From an uncultured Gammaproteobacteria bacterium (GTDB lineage: Bacteria; Pseudomonadota; Gammaproteobacteria; UBA9214): 64,000 bases of DNA. This document shows positions 57,920 through 64,000 of this stretch, in pieces. The translations under genes and the position numbers were made by a program. The DNA lies in the NCBI GenBank assembly GCA_963773065.1, contig CAVYZN010000017.1, positions 96,001 through 160,000 of the forward strand, written 5' to 3'. Under the pieces are notes generated by a model, which made no database searches, was not told where the DNA came from, and saw only the letters and a program-made list of their open reading frames with translations. How positions within the stretch are numbered: position 1 is the first letter of the stretch; every line of letters begins with the position of its first letter.

Positions 57920-60017
57920 ATGTCCAATCCCCTGCTGGAACTGCATGGCCTGCCGCCCTTTTCGAGCATCCGGCCGGAACATGTCGTCCCGGCCGTCGAG
58001 CAACTGCTGGCCGAGGCACGGCAACGGGTCAGGGAGCTGCTCGAGAGCAACACACGCTATACCTGGGAAAATCTGGTCGAACCGCTGGAAGCGATGGACG
58101 ACCGCATCAACCGCGCCTGGTCGCCGGTCGGCCACCTGAACGCGGTGGTGAATACGGAAGCCCTGCGCGAGGCCTACAACGCCTGCCTGCCTAAACTGAG
58201 CGAATACAGCACCGAGATGGGCCAGAACGAAGGCCTGTATCGCGCCTTCCGGCAGATCGCGGACGGACCGGAATACCTCCAGCTCGATACCGCCCAGAAA
58301 AAAATCATCGACAACGCGCTGCGCGATTTTCGCCTCTCCGGCATCGAACTCGACCAGGCGGCACGCGACCGCTACAAGGCGATCATGCAGGAGCTGTCGA
58401 AGCTGACGGCGACATTCAGCGACAACGTGCTCGACGCCACCACGGCCTGGCACAAGCAGATCGGCGACGAGGGACTGCTGGCCGGCCTGCCGGCAACGGC
58501 GGTCGCGCTGGCCAGGCAGACGGCGGCCCAGCGGCAACTGGACGGCTGGGTGTTTACCCTGGAGTTCCCTTCCTACTACCCGGTCATGACCTATGCCGAC
58601 AATCGCGCATTGCGCGAGGAGCTGTACACCGCCTACGTCACGCGCGCCTCGGACCAGGGGCCGGATGCCGGCAAGTGGGACAATGCCGCCACCATGGAAC
58701 GGATCCTGGCGCTGCGTCATGAAGCCGCGACCCTGCTCGGCTTCGGCAACTACGCCGAACGTTCCCTCGCCACCAAGATGGCGGAATCCACGCAGCAGGT
58801 CATGGACTTTCTCAACGACCTGGCGATGCGCTCCCGGGCCGCCGCCGAGATGGAACTCGAGGAGGTCAAGGCCTACGCGCATGAGCAGCATGGCATGGAA
58901 GACCTGCAGGCGTGGGATATCGCCTATTACTCGGAAAAGCTGCGCCAGCGGAAATACGCCATCTCCCAGGAGGAGCTGAAGCCCTACTTTCCGGAACCCC
59001 GCGTCGTCGACGGCCTGTTTTCGATCGTCGAGCGCCTCTATGGCATCACCATCGAGCAGATCGGGGGCGTGGACACCTGGCATGAGGACTGTGCGCTTCT
59101 ACCGTATCCATGACGCCGCCGGTGAACTGCGCGGTGAATTCTACCTGGATCTCTTCGCGCGCCCGCACAAGCGCGGCGGCGCCTGGATGGACGAATGCAT
59201 CAGCCGGCGCAAAACCAGCGACGGCCTGCAGATACCCGTCGCCTACCTGACCTGCAACTTTTCACCGCCGATCGGCGACGACCCCGCCCTGTTCACCCAT
59301 GACGAGGTCACCACCCTGTTCCACGAATTCGGGCACGGCCTGCATCATATGCTGACGCGGGTGGATTACGCCGGCGTGTCCGGCATCAGCGGCGTCGCCT
59401 GGGACGCCGTCGAACTGCCGAGCCAGTTCATGGAAAACTGGTGCTGGGAACGCGAGGCGCTGGATCTCATCGCGAGCCACTACCAGACGGGCGAGACCCT
59501 CCCGGAGCCGCTGTATCAGCGCATGCGCACGGCAAGGAATTTCCAGTCCGCCATGCAGATGGTGCGCCAGCTCGAATTCGCCCTCTTCGATTTCCGCCTG
59601 CACCAGGAATACGACCCGAAACGCGGCGCGCGCATCCATGAAATTCTCGAGGAGGTTCGTGCACAGGTGGCGGTGATACGTCCGCCGGCCTTCAACCGCT
59701 TCGAGAACGGCTTCACCCATGTCTTCTCGGGCGGCTACGCGGCGGGCTACTACAGCTACAAATGGGCGGAAGTCCTCTCCGCCGACGCCTTCTCGGCCTT
59801 CGAGGAAACCGGCATCTTCGATCGCGATACCGGCAGCAAATTCTTAAGCAGCATCCTGGAGCAGGGCGGTTCACGCGAACCGATGGAACTGTTCGTCGAT
59901 TTCCGCGGCCGCGAACCGACCATCGACGCCTTGCTGCGCCACAGCGGCCTGTCCGCGATGACGCAGGTGAAAATCGCCACCTGCGGGCACAGTCACACTG
60001 CCGCGCGACATGTCTGA
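57920..60017 (+). CDS. prlC: Oligopeptidase A (frameshift near 59090; true stop possibly near 59961)
   Basis: MSNPLL, KRGGAWM, FHEFGHGLHH, GYAAGYYSYKWAE, FRGREP..DALLRHSG. Confidence 0.95.
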
Positions 60018-60198
60018 AATTGATTCCCAATACCGGGGGTAGGCTGGCAATATTCTAGGAACCACCGTGAAGCGATAGTCATCCCGGCGCAAGTATTGCG
60101 CACAGTCTTAATCAGTAGATGTCACTATTCATTATCCATCGGTCGCACCGACCGATTAGACGGTTGCTCAATAACCGCCATAACCAGAAAGAACAACC

Positions 60199-61658
60199 AT
60201 GTTCGAACAAGCCTTCAAAAACATCGACGACGTGCTCTGGAAAGAGGCCGGCTGCACCACCGAGCTGGACTACACCGAGCAGACCTCCTGGCTGCTGTTC
60301 CTGAAATACCTCGACGGCCTGGAGCAGGACAAGGCCATCGAGGCCGAGCTGGAGGGCAAGAAATACACCTTCATCCTCGACGAGCCCTACCGCTGGGAGA
60401 GCTGGGCCGCGCCCAAGGGCAAGGACGGCAAGCTCGACCACAACAAGGCGCTGACCGGCGACGACCTGCGCGACTTCGTCGACCGCAAGCTCTTTCCCTA
60501 CCTGCACGGCTTCAAGCAGAAGGCCAGCGGCCCGAACACCATCGAATACAAGATCGGCGAAATCTTCGGCGAGATCAAAAACAAGATCCACAGCGGCTAC
60601 AACCTGCGCGAGATCATCGACCACATCGACGAGCTGCGCTTCCGCTCGCAGACCGAGAAGCACGAGCTGTCGCACCTCTACGAAGCCAAGATCAGGAACA
60701 TGGGCAACGCCGGGCGCAACGGCGGCGAGTATTACACCCCGCGCCCGCTCATCCGCGCCATGGTGCAGGTCGTGCAGCCCAAGATCGGCGAGCGCATCTA
60801 CGACGGCGCCTGCGGCTCGGCGGGCTTCCTGTGCGAGTCGTTCGATTACCTGAAGCGCCAAGGGCAACCTCACCACCAAAGACCTCAAGACGCTGCAGAC
60901 CCGCACCTTCTACGGCAAGGAGAAGAAGTCCCTCGCCTACGTCATCGCGATCATGAACATGATCCTGCACGGCATCGAGGCGCCCAACATCATCCACACC
61001 AACACCCTCACCGAGAACCTCGCCGACATTCAGGAGAAGGACCGCTACGACGTGGTCCTGGCCAATCCGCCCTTCGGCGGCAAGGAGCGCAAGGAGGTGC
61101 AGCAGAACTTCCCCATCCGCACCGGCGAGACGGCGTTCCTGTTCCTCCAGCACTTCATCAAGATGCTCAAGGCCGGCGGGCGCGGCGGCGTCGTCATCAA
61201 GAACACCTTCCTCTCCAACACCGACAACGCCTCGGTGAGCCTGCGCAAGCTGCTGCTGGAAAGCTGCAACCTGCACACCGTGCTCGACTGCCCCGGCGGC
61301 ACGTTCCAGGGCGCGGGCGTGAAGACCGTGGTGCTGTTCTTCGAGAAGGGCGCGCCCGACCCGCAAAGATCTGGTACTACCAGCTCGACCCCGGCCGCAA
61401 CCTCGGCAAGACCAACCCGCTCAACGATGACGACCTCGCCGAGTTCGTCGAAGCTGCAAAAGACCTTCGCCGACTCGCCCAAGTAGCTGGAGCGTGGACG
61501 CCAAGAGCATCGACCCGACGACCTTCGACCTCTCGGTGAAGAACCCGAACGGCGGCGAGGAAGTCGCGCACCGCAGCCCGCAGGCCATCATGGACGAGAT
61601 CGCCGCGCTGGATGCGGAGAGCGCGGAGGTGCTGCAAACAATTCGGAGGTTGCTGTGA
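60199..61658 (+). CDS. hsdM: Type I R-M methyltransferase subunit (several frameshifts)
   Basis: GEYYTPR, YDGACGSAGFL, ANPPF, C-terminal AHRSPQAIMDEIAALDAESAEVL. Confidence 0.92.
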
Positions 61659-61675
61659 GCACAACTTCTTCACCG

Positions 61676-61805
61676 CCGTTCGCCCTGAACCTGTGGTTCG
61701 ACAGCGCTCACCATGATCGGTATCCCTTGCCGTTCCCCGACTGTGGTTCGACAAGCTCACCATGATCGGGAATCCCTTGCCGTTCGCCCTGAGCCTGTCG
61801 AAGGG
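61676..61805. repeat. Cluster of REP-like repeats left of the GIY-YIG gene
   Basis: CCGTTCGCCCTGA..; CTGTGGTTCGACA(A)GCTCACCATGATCGG-ATCCCTTGCCGTTC twice in tandem. Confidence 0.75.
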
Positions 61806-61823
61806 CATTTTAACGGGGCGTAA

Positions 61824-62115
61824 ATGATGGCCTTCTGGGTCTACATCCTCCGCTGCGCCGACGGCAGCTACTACACCGGTCACACCGATAACCTAGAAAA
61901 CACGCATTGGTGAACACACCTCCGGCGCCATTACCAGTTGCTACACCTTCAAGACGCCGACCGCTGGAATTGGCTGTGATTCCCAAGACTTCGCGACGCG
62001 CGAGGAAGCCTTGGCCTCCGAGCAACAAATCAAAGGCTGGAGCCGGAAAAAGAACGGAAGCCATCGATGCGAGGAGATTGGGCAGAGGTTTTATCCCGCC
62101 TCGCCACAATCTTCC
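61824..62115 (+). CDS. Small GIY-YIG nuclease (UPF0213/YhbQ-like), frameshifted
   Basis: FWVYILRCADGSYYTGHTDNLE...H...YT..RRP...TREEALASEQQIKGWSRKK. Confidence 0.85.
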
Positions 62116-62119
62116 ACCG

Positions 62120-62193
62120 CCGTTCGCCCTGAGCTTGTCGACAGGGCCAGCCCCTTCCGAAATTCATCCTTCGACGAAGCTCAGGACGAACGG
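62120..62193. repeat. REP-like inverted pair right of the GIY-YIG gene
   Basis: CCGTTCGCCCTGAGCTTGTCGA...TTCGACGAAGCTCAGGACGAACGG. Confidence 0.75.
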
Positions 62194-62258
62194 AAGGAAA
62201 CACCGCGATGAATTGCGCGATGGCCCGGTAATAGAAACTCGGGGATGTCTGCCAGACA

Positions 62259-62474
62259 GGCTCGCGCGCCAAGGGCAACTTCAAAACCGGATCGGATATC
62301 GACTTGACCCTTTATGGTGAGACGCTCACGTCCGACCTGTGTTCGACCATTGCGAGTGAGCTGGATGACTTGCTGCTGCCCTACACCATTGATCTATCCA
62401 TTTTTGATGAGCTAAACCACGCGCAGCTACGCGAGCATATCGAACGCGTGGGGGTGGTGTTTTATGAGCGATAG
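62259..62474 (+). pseudogene. 5'-truncated minimal nucleotidyltransferase (MNT/MntA-like)
   Basis: Manual translation GSRAKGNFKTGSDIDLTL...LDDLLLPYTIDL...LREHIERVGVVFYER*. Confidence 0.8.
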
Positions 62475-62577
62475 AATCGGGGCCGCGCATCGCAGTGCGC
62501 AGGCGCTCATGGACGAGATCGCCACGCTGGATGCGGAGAGCGCGGAGGTGCTGGGGAACATCAAGGCGCTGCTATGA
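62464..62577 (+). repeat. Second copy of the hsdM 3' end, read as a 37-aa mini-ORF
   Basis: AHRSAQALMDEIATLDAESAEVLGNIKALL* versus AHRSPQAIMDEIAALDAESAEVLQTIRRLL* at 61563-61658. Confidence 0.88.
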
Positions 62578-63709
62578 AGAGCGGGTGGAAAACAAGAACC
62601 TTTCGAGGACTGCCATCGAGAAGGGTGTACCTACTCGCAGAAAATGTCAGCGGAAGGATTTCTTGGATGATGGAGCGTATCCGGTCGTTTCGCAAGAGGA
62701 GGACTTCATCAATGGCTTCTGGGACAACGAAGCCGACCTCTTCAAGGTTACGACGCCCATCGTTGTATTCGGTGACCACACGAAAGTTCTGAAATATGTG
62801 GACTTCGACTTTGTGCTCGGTGCTGACGGAGTGAAAATTTTGCAGCCCCGAGAGTTTTTGCTCCCGAAATTCTTCTTCTACCAGCTACAGATGGCGAACC
62901 TCGATTCTCTTGGCTATGCCCGGCACTACAAGCTGCTTAGGGAAGTTGGTGCATTGCCTACCCGAATCGCCACGAACAGCAGCGCATCGTCGGCATCCTT
63001 GACAAAGCGTTTGACGGCATCGCCACCGCCAAAGCCAATGCCGAAAAGAACCTCCAAAACACCCGCGCCCTTTTCGAAAGCCACCTGCAATCCGTCTTCA
63101 CCCAGCGCGGCGAGGGGTGGGTCTGAAAAACGTTTGGCTGAAGTCTCGAAGGACTTCGGTCGGGGCAAGTCAAAACACCGCCCGAGGAATGCATCCCAGA
63201 CTTTACAACGGGGAGTATCCCTTCATTCAAACCGGCGACGTGCGAAACTCGGATCATTTGATCACTTCGTACAGCCAGACCTACAACGAAGCGGGTCTCG
63301 CACAAAGCAAACTCTGGCCGAAGGGGACTCTCTGCATCACCATTGCCGCCAACATAGCTGAAACTGGAATTCTGGATTTTGATGCCTGTTTTCCTGACAG
63401 TGTCATCGGCGTCGTAGCCAACGAAAACCTCACCAGCAACAAGTTTCTTGAATGATCCTGCTTCAAAGTTTCAAAGCGCGGTTGCAGGCGCAAGGGAAAG
63501 GCAGCGCGCAGGACAACATCAACCTCGGAACGTTTGAGAATCAGTTGTTCCCGTTTCCAAGCCTGAAGAACCAATCAGCAATTGTCTCGACGCTCGATTC
63601 TCTCCGTGAGGAAACCCAGCGCCTCGAATCCCTCTACCAGCGCAAGCTCGCCGCTCTCGATGCGCTGAAAAAGTCACTGCTGCATCAGGCGTTCAGCGGC
63701 CAGCTATGA
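62574..63709 (+). CDS. hsdS: Type I R-M specificity subunit (frameshifts)
   Basis: Two TRDs (FGDHT..GADG; RGKSKHRPRN..YPFIQTGD..ITIAANIAET), EQQRIV.ILD spacer, LKKSLLHQAFSGQL end. Confidence 0.92.
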
Positions 63710-63725
63710 ACTTGTCCCTGAATAT

Positions 63726-63775
63726 CCGTTCGGGCTGAGCGTGTCGAAGCCCTTCGACACGCTCAGGGCGAACGG
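63726..63775. repeat. REP-like hairpin after hsdS
   Basis: CCGTTCG-ggc-TGAGCGTGTCGAAG-cc-CTTCGACACGCTCA-ggg-CGAACGG. Confidence 0.85.
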
Positions 63776-63791
63776 GCAATTGGAGCCATAC

Positions 63792-64000
63792 ATGCAACAC
63801 CTACCCGCCCAGTTTGAAGACCACGCCATCCGCCGCGTCTATGACGAAGACACCGAAACCTGGTGGTTCTCGGTGGTGGACATCATTCAAGTGTTAACGC
63901 AACAAAGAGATTTTCAGGCAGCCAGAAACTACTGGAAAGTCCTGAAAAACCGCCTTGCAAGGGAAGGCAGTGAGTCGGTTACAAAATGTAACCGACTGAA
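63792..64000 (+). CDS. BRO-N domain protein (runs off the window)
   Basis: FEDHAIRRVYD....WWFSVVDII.VLT......RNYWKVLK.RL..EGSE.VTKC. Confidence 0.8.
   Translation, partial: MQHLPAQFEDHAIRRVYDEDTETWWFSVVDIIQVLTQQRDFQAARNYWKVLKNRLAREGSESVTKCNRL

Noticed and set aside
61484-61486. Stop-codon readthrough or phase variation in hsdM/hsdS
   Set aside because: The TAG lies among several indels in an error-rich stretch, and there is no simple-sequence tract or invertase.
61660-61805. CRISPR array
   Set aside because: The units are degenerate tandem or inverted palindromes without unique equal-length spacers, and there are no cas genes in the window.
61676-63775. Integron attC sites and cassette array
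   Set aside because: No RYYYAAC...GTTRRRY core sites and no integron integrase; the repeats fit REP-like elements better.

Overview
GC-rich gammaproteobacterial chromosome window. The dsrE2 and rhodanese genes suggest a sulfur-oxidiser, but taxonomy is inferred only. The backbone is housekeeping: cca 3' end, ppdK, folK/folB, plsY, tsaD, rpsU-yqeY-dnaG-rpoD-tRNA(CAT), a PAS-GGDEF-EAL gene, tatCBA, hisEIFAHB, dtd, pip, dsrE2, rhodanese, ttcA, lpxL-like, a decayed trkA/trkH, ntrX/ntrY-like, rsmB-fmt-def, lysM-dprA-smg-topA-tsaC-hemF, hemB-aroE, gamma-carbonic anhydrase and prlC. There are two accessory regions. (1) About 12.7-25 kb, after the tRNA, is a mosaic of secreted-protein genes (Ig-repeat/FN3, HAF-repeat, cyclophilin fused to surface domains with a C-terminal sorting tail). 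It also holds two IS21 end remnants, an hsdR scrap, a duplicated ~125-bp leader, an IS66-type element with a DNA methyltransferase fragment, and an SGNH-hydrolase gene that rebuilds exactly in frame once an ISKra4-type IS and an IS630 are removed. (2) From about 60 kb to the end is a type I restriction-modification locus. A cassette (GIY-YIG nuclease among palindromic repeats plus a truncated MNT nucleotidyltransferase) sits between two copies of the hsdM 3' end, followed by hsdS and a BRO-N gene. Many single-base frameshifts in conserved genes point to unpolished long-read errors, so most split genes are probably intact in vivo. All family assignments are by motif recognition; no database search was run.
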